Shown: positions 1-19,337, counted from the first letter of the stretch. The stretch is DNA of 64,000 nucleotides from an uncultured delta proteobacterium (GCA_963848295.1 CAWKDB010000011.1:544001-608000), one strand, 5' to 3'. A program made the numbers and translations. The notes: generated by a model from the sequence alone, not told the origin.

Positions 1-1011
1 CACCGGTATGGCGAGGTCGGGGCAAGGACTCGGATCGTCGTCGAGGTGAGCGAAGAACGTCTCGCCGTAGGCCGGCATCGTCATGTTCGTGACCGGATCG
101 GGAACGAGCCGCGTGCCGCCACCGAGGCTGGCCGACGCCATGTACTCGTACGACGGGACGCTGAGCAGGCTCGGCGGCGTTTGAACGCACACGACGAGGC
201 CGGCGCTGGTCTCGGTCTCGAGCGGGACGCGCAGCGGCGTCCCCAGCATATTGATCGACTCGGTATCGGCGGTGAGGCTCCGCCCTGCGATGGTGCCGAG
301 CTCGATCCCGCCCTGTCCGCACAGCGAGACCGGCATCATGCCATCGGCGGACAACACGGCGTTCTGCTTCCCGATGTCGAAGGCAAGGTCGACCGACCGC
401 GCCGCTCCGAGCGTCGCCACCCGCGCGTTCACCGCGGTCGTTTCGACGAGGGCCGGGAACGCGACTGGTCGAGGCACCCCCGACGAGGTCTCGAGCGCGT
501 ACAGCCCGGCTGCGGTCGGGATCACGACGTCCGGTCGTTGATCGCCCGTGTAGTCGCCGATCGCGATCGGGCCGGTCGAGAACGGCGAGCTCTGCGTGTT
601 GGCATTCGTGAGCGGCGAGAGCAGATCGCCGTAGATCGCCGACACCGCGCTCGCGCTGACCCCGAGCACGTCGTCGACGAGATCGCCGTCGAGATCGGCG
701 ACGCTGAACTGGGCCGCATCGAAGGGCTGCGAGATTCCGACCGTGGAGAGCGCGCCGCCTGGGGCGTGACAGACGTCGTCGACGCCGCAGGTGAAACCGG
801 TCGGGCAGCACGTGCCGTCGATCGCCGAGCCGCACGTGTCACCGCGCATCGCCGGATCGCACGCGATCCGGCAGTCCGCCGTGCAGTTGCCGCCCGGTTG
901 ATCGCAGTCTTCGCCCGGATCGAGCACGTAATTGCCGCAGGTGCCGTCGGCGATCGTCGCCGTGGTGGAGCACGCCGCGACCGCCAGCGCGAGCAGGATC
1001 AGCTTGGTCAT
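1..1011 (-). CDS. Cys-rich FG-GAP-repeat lipoprotein (runs off the window edge), paralog of 3909..6512
   Basis: Not in the ORF track; translated by hand from ATG 1011: MTKLILLALAVAAC (lipobox), then GTCGNYVLDPGEDCD...FTCGVDDVCHAPGG and DLDGDLVDD / GDYTGDQRPD FG-GAP motifs; open to base 1. Confidence 0.85.
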   Translation of the reverse strand, partial: MTKLILLALAVAACSTTATIADGTCGNYVLDPGEDCDQPGGNCTADCRIACDPAMRGDTCGSAIDGTCCPTGFTCGVDDVCHAPGGALSTVGISQPFDAAQFSVADLDGDLVDDVLGVSASAVSAIYGDLLSPLTNANTQSSPFSTGPIAIGDYTGDQRPDVVIPTAAGLYALETSSGVPRPVAFPALVETTAVNARVATLGAARSVDLAFDIGKQNAVLSADGMMPVSLCGQGGIELGTIAGRSLTADTESINMLGTPLRVPLETETSAGLVVCVQTPPSLLSVPSYEYMASASLGGGTRLVPDPVTNMTMPAYGETFFAHLDDDPSPCPDLAIPV

Positions 1012-1031
1012 GGATAGCTCGAGGCTAAGGA

Positions 1032-2597
1032 TTAGTGATGGAACGGGTTCTCGATATCGTGGGAGTCGACACCGGTCGCGGGCTTGGGCGCGGTCGTCGC
1101 GGGCGCGAGCCTGCGGTGCAACGTCGCATCGAGCTTGTCGTCATGATCGGGCACGACGTGCCTCGTGATCGACACGTAGCCGGCGTGGCGAATGACGAGC
1201 GCGACCGCCGCAGTTCCGCGCTCGAGCGTGACCGAGCCCGGCGCCGAGCCGACCACGCGGTTGGCGAGCACGACTTCGCTGCCCGCCGGAGCGCCGGTGA
1301 TGTCGAGCGCGATCGTCGGCGATGCGGGCGGCGCGGGGACCGGGGGCGGCTGGACCGCGGGCGGCTGGACGGCGGGAGGTCGTGCGGTAGGCGGCGCGGT
1401 CACCGGCGGGGCCGGCGACAGTGCGCCGCTCGGTCCGGGCGTACCTGCTCTGTTGCCGCCGGCGGCGGAGACGACGATGAACATCGCGCCCGCGACCAGC
1501 GCTGCCGCGACCGCGACTCCGATCACGAGCGGGGCCTTCGACTTGCGTGGGGCGTCCTGCACGCTCGATACCGCGAGCGGCGCGGCCGGAGGCGAAGGCA
1601 TGACATCACTCGTGCGCTTCGGCGGCCACGGCGTGGCCCTGCCGCCGTCGCCGGTCGTGACGTCCCACGCGGCGCTCATCGGCCCGCGCACGACGATGCC
1701 GGATCCGTCGAACGCGGACTCGAGCGCGCGCACCGCGGTGATGAGATTTGGCGGGCGGTGCGACGGGTCTTTCTGCATCAACCACGCGACCGCGTCATCG
1801 ACGCCGGCCGGGAGCTCGGGCGCGTGCGACGACGGCGGTGGCGCCTCCTCGCTGATCTGCTTCATCAGGATCGTCATGTAGTCGTCGCCGTCGAACGGAA
1901 ACTCCCCGCACAACATCCGGTACGCGACGATGCCGAACGCGTAGTAGTCGGTGCGGTGGTCGACATCGCGGCCGCGGCACTGCTCGGGCGACATGTAGTA
2001 CGGCGTCCCGAGCGGCACCCCGGTGCCGGTCTTGTGCTTGAGGCCGTCCTCCGGTCCCATCAGCTTCGCGATCCCGAAATCGAGCAGCTTGGGAAACCAG
2101 CCGCCGTCGGGGTCGGTCGCGAGGAACACGTTCTCGGGCTTGAGGTCGCGATGCGCGATGCCCTTGCCGTGCGCCGCATCGAGAGCGCGCGCGATCGCGC
2201 GCAGGATCGGCAGCGCCTCCGCCGGTGCGATCCGGCCATCGCGCTCGATCAGCGCGTCGAGCGCCATCCCGTCGAGGTATTCCATCACGTAGTAGTGACG
2301 ACCGTCTTCGAGCTGGCCGAACGAGAAGATGTCGATGATGTTGTGGTGCCGGATCTGGTTGACCGCGCGCGCTTCGGCGACGAATCGCGAGAGCATGTCG
2401 GGATCGACGGAAAACCGGCGCGCGAGGACCTTGATCGCGACGACCTTGCCGATCAGCGGGTGGACCGCCTTGAACACCGCGCCGAACCCGCCCTGCCCGA
2501 CCTTGCTCTCGACTTCGTACTCGCCGACCGTCTGACCGGACACGAGGTCCGGATCGACGACCGCGGTCGCGGGCAGATCAGGCGTAGCTTCCGACAT
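1032..2597 (-). CDS. Hanks-type Ser/Thr protein kinase with TM helix, Pro-rich linker and short PEGA-like ectodomain
   Basis: GQGGFGAV, VAIKVL, HRDLKPEN, DFG, GTPYYMSPE; TM LVIGVAVAAALVAGAMFIVV. Confidence 0.95.
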   Translation of the reverse strand: MSEATPDLPATAVVDPDLVSGQTVGEYEVESKVGQGGFGAVFKAVHPLIGKVVAIKVLARRFSVDPDMLSRFVAEARAVNQIRHHNIIDIFSFGQLEDGRHYYVMEYLDGMALDALIERDGRIAPAEALPILRAIARALDAAHGKGIAHRDLKPENVFLATDPDGGWFPKLLDFGIAKLMGPEDGLKHKTGTGVPLGTPYYMSPEQCRGRDVDHRTDYYAFGIVAYRMLCGEFPFDGDDYMTILMKQISEEAPPPSSHAPELPAGVDDAVAWLMQKDPSHRPPNLITAVRALESAFDGSGIVVRGPMSAAWDVTTGDGGRATPWPPKRTSDVMPSPPAAPLAVSSVQDAPRKSKAPLVIGVAVAAALVAGAMFIVVSAAGGNRAGTPGPSGALSPAPPVTAPPTARPPAVQPPAVQPPPVPAPPASPTIALDITGAPAGSEVVLANRVVGSAPGSVTLERGTAAVALVIRHAGYVSITRHVVPDHDDKLDATLHRRLAPATTAPKPATGVDSHDIENPFHH

Positions 2598-2688
2598 TCC
2601 CCAGACTCATTGTAGGCGCGGTCGATCAGTCCGGCAGCCGGACAAAGGTTAAAACCGCAGGCGCCGGATCACGGTTCAGCATCACGGT

Positions 2689-3912
2689 TCAGAACTGCCC
2701 CATCACGACAGCGCCGGCTCCGCTCTCCGACACCACCGGTGCGAGGCGTACACCGTCCGCCGATGGATGGTCGAAGAAATACAGCGATCCGGCGACCGCC
2801 GCGGCCGCCACGGCGGCGCCGCCGAGTGCCCAGGTCGCGGTCGCGAAGTGGTCGCGCGTGCTGACCTCGGAGGTGTAACGATCGCCATCGCTCGGCGGGC
2901 GATTGCCGCCCGCGATCTGCCCGCGCAGGTCCGACGCACGACCGTCGTAGACCAGCGCGACGATGCCGCTCGTGATCGTACCGGCGGCGAGCGCGCCGGC
3001 GGCACCTAGTAGATAGGGCACCGCGCGCCGTCGCCCGGTCTTGGCCAGCGGCGCGTCGATCGCGAGGCGTTCCCCGCGCTTGACGGTGACCTCGCGGCCG
3101 AATGGCTCGCGACCATCGCGCGTGACCGCGAGCAAGTGAGTGCCCGCCGCAACGTCGAACGGGAGCCACGCCGCGCCCGCCACGGCGCGACCGTCGATCG
3201 CGAGGTGCGCGTCGCTCTCGGTGCGGATGACGAGCGTACCCGGCATCGGCACGAGCTCGACCTCGACGAGCGACGCTTGGCCCTCGACCGCGAGCGCTTG
3301 CTTGTCGACCGGGAAGTAGCCGTCGGCGCGCACGGAGATCGTGTGCGGCTTCGCTTCGACATCGGCGAGCTCGAACGGCTCGATCGCCTTGCCGTCGATC
3401 ATCGCGACCAGGCCCTTGATCGTCTCGTGTGGAGCATCGCCGACTTCTTGCAATGCGCCCGCATCGCGATGATCGGCCGCTCGAGCGACGTTGACGCTGA
3501 TCCCGAGCTGGGTCTTGACCGGCTGCGCCGCCGCGACGACTTGCACCCCGCTCGCCTTGAGCCGATCGAGCTCGCGCTCCATCTCGCCGAGCCCGTCCGC
3601 GGCATCGCCGACTCGGCCGCCCGCTTTCACCTTGGTCAAGTAGATCTTGTAGAGCTCGACCGCACGACGCACGAACTGCGGCTTCTGCGCGACGCGATAC
3701 GCGCGGCGATACGCTTGCGCTGCCGAGAACGCGATCTCCGGCAACGGCAGGACGACGTACGCCTGCTCGAACTCGAGCGCGGCGGTCTCGAAGCTCTGCG
3801 CGCTGTACGCCTTCGCACCGGACCGAAAGAAGCCTTCCGCGACCGCGCGGTCATCGGCGCGCGCCGGGGCGGCGATCGCGACGAGCACTGCGACCACGAG
3901 CCAGTCCCTCAC
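2689..3912 (-). CDS. Exported TPR + PEGA domain protein with C-terminal hydrophobic helices and terminal beta-strand motif
   Basis: Probable start GTG 3912 overlapping the upstream TGA (GTGA); signal peptide VRDWLVVAVLVAIAAPARA; TPR-like helices; PEGA-like HTISVRADGY; ends GAGAVVMGQF. Confidence 0.85.
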   Translation of the reverse strand: MRDWLVVAVLVAIAAPARADDRAVAEGFFRSGAKAYSAQSFETAALEFEQAYVVLPLPEIAFSAAQAYRRAYRVAQKPQFVRRAVELYKIYLTKVKAGGRVGDAADGLGEMERELDRLKASGVQVVAAAQPVKTQLGISVNVARAADHRDAGALQEVGDAPHETIKGLVAMIDGKAIEPFELADVEAKPHTISVRADGYFPVDKQALAVEGQASLVEVELVPMPGTLVIRTESDAHLAIDGRAVAGAAWLPFDVAAGTHLLAVTRDGREPFGREVTVKRGERLAIDAPLAKTGRRRAVPYLLGAAGALAAGTITSGIVALVYDGRASDLRGQIAGGNRPPSDGDRYTSEVSTRDHFATATWALGGAAVAAAAVAGSLYFFDHPSADGVRLAPVVSESGAGAVVMGQF

Positions 3913-6512
3913 GGCTGCACCGCCGTCTGCTGGCACGCGAGGTCGCGCGAGCTGCATTGCGCCAGCACGGTGATCGAGCGCGAGCCCGCGTCGCCCTGCA
4001 GCGCGACGATATCGTCGACGCCGTCGCCCGTGACATCGCCGACCTCGACCGCGCGCAGCGAGCCGAGGCCCGAGGCGATCTCGGTGGCGCTGTAGCTGCC
4101 GGCGCTCGAGTCGATCCGGACGAGCGCGCCGTCGCCGGTGGCGTCGTGACACAACGCGATCAGCGACGTGCCGACCGACGCGGGGGTCGTCGGATCGCGA
4201 AACGCCACGGTCCCCGGCGCAGCATCGGAGCAGGTCGCTCCGGGCAAGACCCCGGCGACCACCGCGCCGAGGTCGCTGCACGTGCTCGGTACGCCGTTCG
4301 CCGCGACCGTACACGCGAGGACGAGTCCTGGGTCCGAAGCGGCCGCGTCGGCGGATGGCGAGAACGCGACGACGAGCTCGGGGGTACCATCGCCGTCGAG
4401 GTCGACGGCGCGCAGCGAGCGGATGTTCGCGCCGGCAGGAACGCCCGCGGTCACCGCGGGCGCCGCGGTCGCGCTCGGGGCCGTCGACCACGGATCGATG
4501 ACGAACGCGCGCGGCGGCGATTCGCGATCGACGCCGATCACGACGTCGTGGTTCGTCGCGGTCGGCCACGCGATCAGCACCGCATCGTCGAGACACGGCC
4601 CGCCGGCCGCCGGGTCGTTGCTACAGTACGTCACCCCGGCGATCGCGACGCCATCGTCGTGATCGAGCGGGTCGTTAGGGTCGAGCCCGGCCGCGGTGCC
4701 ATCGAGGCGGAACATCTTGATCGGCAAGTCGCCCGTCGCGGACGCGACCGGCGCGAACGCGAGCACGTCGGGGTATTGCGACGTGCCGGTCGACGCGACG
4801 AAGTCACCGGCGACGACGCCGCGATACGCATAGTGGGGCGGCGGATCGCCGCTCGGGCGCGGATCGAAGTACGCGAGCATCGTGCGGTCGGGGCTGCCCT
4901 CGACGATGCTCACCGCCTGCGGCGTCGACACGCCCTGCTGCTGGTCGAGCACGATCAGGTCACCGACGACACCGACCGGATCGGTCGAGTCCTGGAGCTG
5001 GAACGACACGAGCGAGACCGCGCGGTCGAGCGTGCCCTGCGCGATCGTGGTCTGGGTCCGGCCCGGCGTGTCGTACGCGACCGACAGCCGGTCGTGATCG
5101 AGCAAGTGCTCGGTGAACGCGACGTCGTTGACCCCGTTGCCGTCGAAGTCACCGATCGCCATCGCGGTGACGATGCCCGCGGTCTCGAGCCGCGCGACGA
5201 TGAACCCGGGCGTCCATCCGTCGACGACGCGATAGACCACGTCGAGACCGTCCTCACCCTCGGCGGACAGCACGGCGTCGACATTGCCGTCGTTGTCGAG
5301 GTCGCCGCTGACCACCCCGTCGAGCCGGCGCTCCGACGAGAACACCGGCGCGAGCGTCGGTGGCAGACCGGCGATGTAGAGATCGATGCCGGTCGACAGC
5401 ACGAGCGCATCGTTCCCGGCGAACGCGATGCCCGGTTGCAGCGGGATCCGACCGACCGCGACCGTGCTCGGATCGTCGTCACCGGTCGGCAGCGTCGTGG
5501 TCGTCGTGGCGAGCGTGCAGTGGCCGCCGGTCATCGACCCGTCCCACACCCGCAGCCCGGCACCGCCGGCGTCCGAGTCGATCAACGACGGACACGGATC
5601 GGTGTCGAAATCGAGGTCGGCGAACACGAGCTTGCGCTGCGGAGCCGCGCCGGTCGGCGTGATGTCGGTGAACGTCGCGGTCGTACCACTCGTGTGGATC
5701 GCGACGACGCACGCCACGCGCGTCGCGCCGCTGCCGGTCGGCACCGAAACCACGACGTCGGTCGCGCTCGCGTCGTAGACGTCGAGATCGGCGATCGAGA
5801 AGTCGGTCGCGTCGCGCGACGCGTCGCATAGCGTGGCGGCAGTCATCACGAGCCCGGACGGCGTGAAGTCGAGCACCGCGATCTCCATCGGGCCTTCGCC
5901 GTCGGACAGCAGCGCGCCGACCACGGTATCGTCGATCCGCCACATCGCCTCGGCCGAAAACGTGTTGCCCATCGGGTCGGCGAGCGGAATGCGCGAGATC
6001 TGCGGCGATGGCGTGCCATACGGCGACGCGAGCTCGACCAGGCCATCGGCCGCTGCGATCGCGACGTCGAGCCTGCCATCGCCGTCGAGATCGGCGATCG
6101 CGGGCGTCGCGGTCTGGTCCGGCGTCGCGATCGTGTACGAGCTCGTCAACGCGGCATGGGCATCGCCGAACCGGACGACCACCGAGGTATTCGACAGCGC
6201 CAACACGTCACCGATGCCGTCGCCGTCGATGTCCGAGATCCGGACGTCGGTAGCGAGCAACGGGCTCGCGGCGGTTGCCGGCGAGACGGCGCCGCTCGGC
6301 GCGTGACAGAACCCATCGACCCCGCAGGCGTACGCGGTCGTCGGACAATCGCTCGCGGCCCGGCACGCGACCTGGCAAGCGACACAGCTGGGGTCGTTCG
6401 AATCGCAGTCTTCGCCCGGCTCGAGCAACCCGTTGCCGCACACCCCGCGCTCGATCGGATCGAATGACGTGCAGCCTGCAAACACCACGATGGCGATCCC
6501 GGCGTAGTTCAT
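3909..6512 (-). CDS. Cys-rich FG-GAP/VCBS-repeat lipoprotein
   Basis: Start re-placed at ATG 6512 (MNYAGIAIVVFAGC lipobox); CGNGLLEPGEDCD myxobacterial Cys repeat; many DxDGDGxxD motifs. Confidence 0.88.
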   Translation of the reverse strand: MNYAGIAIVVFAGCTSFDPIERGVCGNGLLEPGEDCDSNDPSCVACQVACRAASDCPTTAYACGVDGFCHAPSGAVSPATAASPLLATDVRISDIDGDGIGDVLALSNTSVVVRFGDAHAALTSSYTIATPDQTATPAIADLDGDGRLDVAIAAADGLVELASPYGTPSPQISRIPLADPMGNTFSAEAMWRIDDTVVGALLSDGEGPMEIAVLDFTPSGLVMTAATLCDASRDATDFSIADLDVYDASATDVVVSVPTGSGATRVACVVAIHTSGTTATFTDITPTGAAPQRKLVFADLDFDTDPCPSLIDSDAGGAGLRVWDGSMTGGHCTLATTTTTLPTGDDDPSTVAVGRIPLQPGIAFAGNDALVLSTGIDLYIAGLPPTLAPVFSSERRLDGVVSGDLDNDGNVDAVLSAEGEDGLDVVYRVVDGWTPGFIVARLETAGIVTAMAIGDFDGNGVNDVAFTEHLLDHDRLSVAYDTPGRTQTTIAQGTLDRAVSLVSFQLQDSTDPVGVVGDLIVLDQQQGVSTPQAVSIVEGSPDRTMLAYFDPRPSGDPPPHYAYRGVVAGDFVASTGTSQYPDVLAFAPVASATGDLPIKMFRLDGTAAGLDPNDPLDHDDGVAIAGVTYCSNDPAAGGPCLDDAVLIAWPTATNHDVVIGVDRESPPRAFVIDPWSTAPSATAAPAVTAGVPAGANIRSLRAVDLDGDGTPELVVAFSPSADAAASDPGLVLACTVAANGVPSTCSDLGAVVAGVLPGATCSDAAPGTVAFRDPTTPASVGTSLIALCHDATGDGALVRIDSSAGSYSATEIASGLGSLRAVEVGDVTGDGVDDIVALQGDAGSRSITVLAQCSSRDLACQQTAVQP

Positions 6513-6527
6513 GGTGACGACCGGTAG

Positions 6528-6543
6528 TGCAAATCGGCGGCCG
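6528..6543 (-). promoter_or_regulatory. Putative sigma54 (-24/-12) promoter of the FG-GAP/PEGA/kinase module
   Basis: CGGCCGCCGATTTGCA: GG-N10-GC with TTGCA, ~16 nt before ATG 6512. Confidence 0.55.
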
Positions 6544-6580
6544 GGCCCGAGTGCCGGACAACCCGACGCCGAAACGACCG

Positions 6581-6627
6581 AAAACGAAAAGTCGCGCGAG
6601 GCCGAGCGGGATTTCTCGACGTCGCGC
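6581..6627 (-). terminator. Probable intrinsic terminator after rpoC
   Basis: Imperfect GC hairpin GCGCGA..TCGAG/CTCGG..TCGCGC followed by TTTTCGTTTT. Confidence 0.5.
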
Positions 6628-6673
6628 TGGCGCCACATAGCCGGTCGGCTACGCGGCGATGTAGGAGCCGGTA

Positions 6674-10906
<4,233 letters not shown>

Positions 10907-10934
10907 ATTGGTTCTCCTTTGATTCCTTCGCGAC

Positions 10935-15140
<4,206 letters not shown>

Positions 15141-15220
15141 GGTCTGAGGTGTCCCGTTCTGGCCTGCGACGAAGAGGCCGATATGTGGCGGCGAAGCGAG
15201 TGAGTGCCGAAATAAGATCG

Positions 15221-15277
15221 ACGGCCGATCCACCAACCGCGTCCCCTGCTCGAGGGATCGTGGATGGTGTCAGCCGT
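15221..15277 (-). promoter_or_regulatory. Long irregular stem-loop in the rpoB 5' leader
   Basis: ACGGCTGA/TCGGCCGT, CACCATCC/GGTTGGTG and TCCCT/AGGGG stack into one hairpin; second hairpin at ~15289-15322. Confidence 0.45.
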
Positions 15278-15352
15278 TTCTAAATGATGTGTCCGACGAG
15301 TGCGCGCGGGCTCGTCGGATACTCGAAGGGATAACTACGCAAACCGGGGCTG

Positions 15353-15361
15353 CGTATAGCA
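15353..15361 (-). promoter_or_regulatory. Putative extended -10 promoter for rpoBC
   Basis: TG-C-TATACG; no clear -35. Confidence 0.35.
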
Positions 15362-15510
15362 TGTCCCCGGAAAAGTGAACCGAAAAGTACGCTGCAAGTG
15401 ATCGTGCCAAAGCACTGGTGATCACCGAGGTAAACCGGGCTCAGCAAGAGGGCCGTTGTAGCGCTGGTCGGAGTGATCGCCAAGCTGGCAGATCGGGTGG
15501 GCGATCGGGG

Positions 15511-15558
15511 AATTGATCAATTGATCAACAGGCGACAGGCAACAGGCAATGCCGGAGG
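15511..15558 (+). repeat. Dispersed ~49-bp repeat, copy 1 (TTGATCAA x2 palindrome + CAGGCAA heptamers), followed by degenerate hexamer repeats to ~15606
   Basis: AATTGATCAATTGATCAACAGGCGACAGGCAACAGGCAATGCCGGAGG; near-identical to 38251-38299 and to the reverse complement of 38386-38434. Confidence 0.9.
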
Positions 15559-15606
15559 ACGTGCGAGTGCGAGCCCGAGCCCGAGTGCTAGCCCGAGACC
15601 GAGCCG

Positions 15607-15659
15607 AAAAAAAATGACGAGCGCTCACGCACGCCCGCGAGCCGGCGTCCATGAGCGCT
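15607..15659 (-). terminator. Terminator/attenuator between rplL and rpoB
   Basis: 16-bp stem AGCGCTCATGGACGCC/GGCGTGCGTGAGCGCT followed by a T8 run. Confidence 0.7.
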
Positions 15660-15728
15660 GCCCCTCCGGTCCCACGTGCCATGTGCACGTGCTCGTACAC
15701 GAACGACGCGGCCGTCAGGCCGCCACCC

Positions 15729-16112
<384 letters not shown>

Positions 16113-16174
16113 TTGATATATCCCTTGAAAGAAACCCGAAGGTTGAAAACTGGTTGGGGGTGAGAAGGAACCGG

Positions 16175-16702
16175 TTACGACTTGGCCTCGAGCTCGCGGC
16201 GGCGCGCGTCGAGCAAGTACGCGAAGTTCTGCGGGCCCGCGACGAGCTGAGCGACGAAGCCCTGCGGCGCCGCGAGGAACGTCATCAGCATAGAGGCGCG
16301 AATCTCGGGCTTGCCCGGCATCTTCGCGAGCATCTCGACGCCTTTGAGATCGAGGAGGGTGCCCTCGTAGAAGCCGCCGCGAATGATGAACTTGGGCTCG
16401 TCCTTGGCCCACTTGAGCGCGACCTGCGCCGGCGGCTGGGGAGCCTCGCCGGTGGTCCAGATGACGGCGGTCGTGCCGGTCATCAGCTGGGTGATCGGCT
16501 CCATCTTGCTGCCCTTGACCGCGATCTTGACCAACGAGTTCTTGATCACGCGGTAGTGGCAGCCGGCCTTGCGGAAGTCATCGCGCATCGTCGTCACCGT
16601 CGGGACGCGAACCCCGCGGTAATCCGCGATGATCACCGACGACACGTTCTTCCAGGCGTCTTTGATCTCGCCGAGGACTTGCTCTTTTGCTGCTTTTTCC
16701 AT
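16175..16702 (-). CDS. rplJ: 50S ribosomal protein L10
   Basis: DYRG...VIKNSL motifs, position between rplA and rplL, SD AGGAG. Confidence 0.97.
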   Translation of the reverse strand: MEKAAKEQVLGEIKDAWKNVSSVIIADYRGVRVPTVTTMRDDFRKAGCHYRVIKNSLVKIAVKGSKMEPITQLMTGTTAVIWTTGEAPQPPAQVALKWAKDEPKFIIRGGFYEGTLLDLKGVEMLAKMPGKPEIRASMLMTFLAAPQGFVAQLVAGPQNFAYLLDARRRELEAKS

Positions 16703-16719
16703 GGTGTCTGTCTCCTGAA

Positions 16720-16830
16720 AACACGAACCCCTCGTTGTTCGAAACGAGGGGGTGCAGGCGAAACCGCCAGCTCCACTCGTCTCCGCAGGACTTAGGCCGT
16801 AAAGGCTGCCGACTTCTTCGACGGGGTCGA
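16720..16830 (-). ncRNA. L10 leader (autogenous control structure of rplJL)
   Basis: CGTCGAAGA..G..TAA..CCTGCGGAGACG core then hairpin CCCCTCGTT/AACGAGGGG just before the SD. Confidence 0.7.
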
Positions 16831-16846
16831 TAGGTGATGAAGTGAT

Positions 16847-17554
<708 letters not shown>

Positions 17555-17567
17555 AACGTGACTCCTG

Positions 17568-17602
17568 CCTGGTCAAACGCTCGAGCGAGTCGAGCTCCCA
17601 GC
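17568..17602 (-). promoter_or_regulatory. L1-binding rRNA-mimic hairpin upstream of rplA
   Basis: CTGG-GA-GCTCGA..TCGAGC-GTTTGA-CCAG asymmetric internal loop next to the SD. Confidence 0.6.
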
Positions 17603-17635
17603 CAAAGGGATGTCGGATGTCTCTAGAGACGGTGA

Positions 17636-18058
17636 TTAATCGACGACCTCGAGGCCCATCGAACGAGCCGTGCCTGCGACCGAGCGCATCGCGGACTCGA
17701 GGCTCGTCGTGTTGAGATCCGGCAGCTTCTGCTCGGCGATCTCGCGAACCTGCTTCTTGGAGACCTTGCCGACCTTGTTCTTGTTCGGCTCGCCCGAGCC
17801 CTTGTCGATCTTCGCGGCTTTCTTCAGCAGGATCGACGCCGGCGGCGTCTTCGTGATGAACGTGAAGCTGCGGTCGGCGTACGCCGTGATGAGGCACGGG
17901 ATGATCAGGTCGCCCATCTGAGCCGTGCGCGCGTTGAACTCCTTGCAGAACTGCATGATGTTCAGACCGTGCTGACCGAGCGCCGGACCGACCGGCGGCG
18001 CCGGGTTGGCCTTACCGGCCGGGCATTGAAGCTTGATGATCGCGGTGACTTTTTTCAT
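17636..18058 (-). CDS. rplK: 50S ribosomal protein L11
   Basis: [18 protein letters not shown]. Confidence 0.99.
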   Translation of the reverse strand: MKKVTAIIKLQCPAGKANPAPPVGPALGQHGLNIMQFCKEFNARTAQMGDLIIPCLITAYADRSFTFITKTPPASILLKKAAKIDKGSGEPNKNKVGKVSKKQVREIAEQKLPDLNTTSLESAMRSVAGTARSMGLEVVD

Positions 18059-18105
18059 GGCGGACTCGAATCAGCATCCGGCGGCCAGCGCCCGGAAGAT
18101 GCGCT

Positions 18106-18762
18106 TTATGCTTTCTCTACCTGGGCGAAGTCAAGCTCGACGGACGTCGCGCGACCGAACATCGACAGCGAGACCTTGACCTTCTGCTTGTCGGCCTTGA
18201 CCTCCTCGACCGTGGCCGAGAAGTTCGCGAACGGACCGTCGATCACCCGGACCGACTCGCCCGCCTCGAACACCACGCGGGTCTTCGGCTTGGACTTGCC
18301 TTCGGTGATGTTGGTCTGAACGCCGGTGATCTCGCGCTCGGGCACCGGCGTCGGCTTGGTGCCGCCGAGGAAGCCCGTGATTTTCGGGGTGTTCTTGACC
18401 AGGTGGAAGGTGCGATCGTCGAGCACCATCTGGACGAACATGTAGCCCGGAAAGAACTTGCGGGTCATCGTCCGGCGTTGACCCTTGACGTTCTCGGTGA
18501 CGCTCTCGGTCGGCACCAAGACGTCGCCGAAGAACGCGGTCAGGTTGTTGTTGCGGACGCGCTCGAGCAGCGTCAGCTTCGCCTTGTTCTCGTGGCCCGA
18601 GTAGGTGTGGACGATGTACCACTTCTTTTCGGCCGAGGGCCCGGGCTGCGGCCCCGGGGTGGCGTCGTTAGCATTGGCCGCGGAGCCCGTCGACGTCGCT
18701 TCGTGAGCGCCTTCGTCGTGCGAGTTCGTGTCGGTGGGGGTGCCGTTATCTTCATCCGCCAT
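18106..18762 (-). CDS. nusG: Transcription elongation factor NusG with ~45-aa N-terminal extension
   Basis: [20 protein letters not shown] domain [19 protein letters not shown]. Confidence 0.97.
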   Translation of the reverse strand: MADEDNGTPTDTNSHDEGAHEATSTGSAANANDATPGPQPGPSAEKKWYIVHTYSGHENKAKLTLLERVRNNNLTAFFGDVLVPTESVTENVKGQRRTMTRKFFPGYMFVQMVLDDRTFHLVKNTPKITGFLGGTKPTPVPEREITGVQTNITEGKSKPKTRVVFEAGESVRVIDGPFANFSATVEEVKADKQKVKVSLSMFGRATSVELDFAQVEKA

Positions 18763-19135
18763 AAATCTTATCCGTCAGGCCCGACCACACGACGTCGAAC
18801 AGGAACAGGACGACCGCGGAAATCAGCGCCATGACGATCACGACGATCGTTGCGGCGCGAACTTCTTTCGCGTTCGGCCAGGTGACCTTCTTGAGCTCGG
18901 AAGCCACCTCGTTGACGAGGTGGTAAAGGCGATCGTTCTTGTACGCGACCAGACCGGTGACAATCGCACCGCCGGCCGCGATCAGCGAAATCACAAAATC
19001 GCTAGGCGCGGTGGCGAAGTAGCCCCACAGCCAATCGATCGTCCACTGCAGTAAGTAGAAGACGACGACCGCGCCGCACAGGTAGATCAGGTGGACGGGC
19101 TTGTTCGGTGCGTTGTCGGTGGTGGTCTGGGCCAT
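18752..19135 (-). CDS. secE: Preprotein translocase SecE (long multi-TM form)
   Basis: ELKKVTWP motif; between tRNA-Trp and nusG. Confidence 0.96.
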   Translation of the reverse strand: MAQTTTDNAPNKPVHLIYLCGAVVVFYLLQWTIDWLWGYFATAPSDFVISLIAAGGAIVTGLVAYKNDRLYHLVNEVASELKKVTWPNAKEVRAATIVVIVMALISAVVLFLFDVVWSGLTDKIYGG

Positions 19136-19157
19136 GGCTGCTTGGCTACTTCACTGA

Positions 19158-19233
<76 letters not shown>

Positions 19234-19298
19234 AAGGACTTCGACGACTTAGCTGCGGATTCGAGAAGATACTCCTGTGCTGTTCAGACGGAAGCGGA

Positions 19299-19327
19299 CG
19301 TTTATCCGATCCACTGCAAGGTAGCAA
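19299..19327 (-). promoter_or_regulatory. Putative sigma70 promoter for tRNA-Trp-secE-nusG
   Basis: TTGCTA-N17-TAAACG. Confidence 0.45.
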
Positions 19328-19337
19328 GAGCCTTCCG

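Noticed and set aside
2668..2692. 12-bp duplication ATCACGGTTCAG at the end of the PEGA gene
   Set aside because: Single short local duplication with no element between the copies
15393..15409. TGGCACGATCACTTGCA upstream of rpoB (minus strand), near-perfect sigma54 half-sites
   Set aside because: Spacing is GG-N11-GC, one base too long for sigma54; would only stand if reads show a +1 error here
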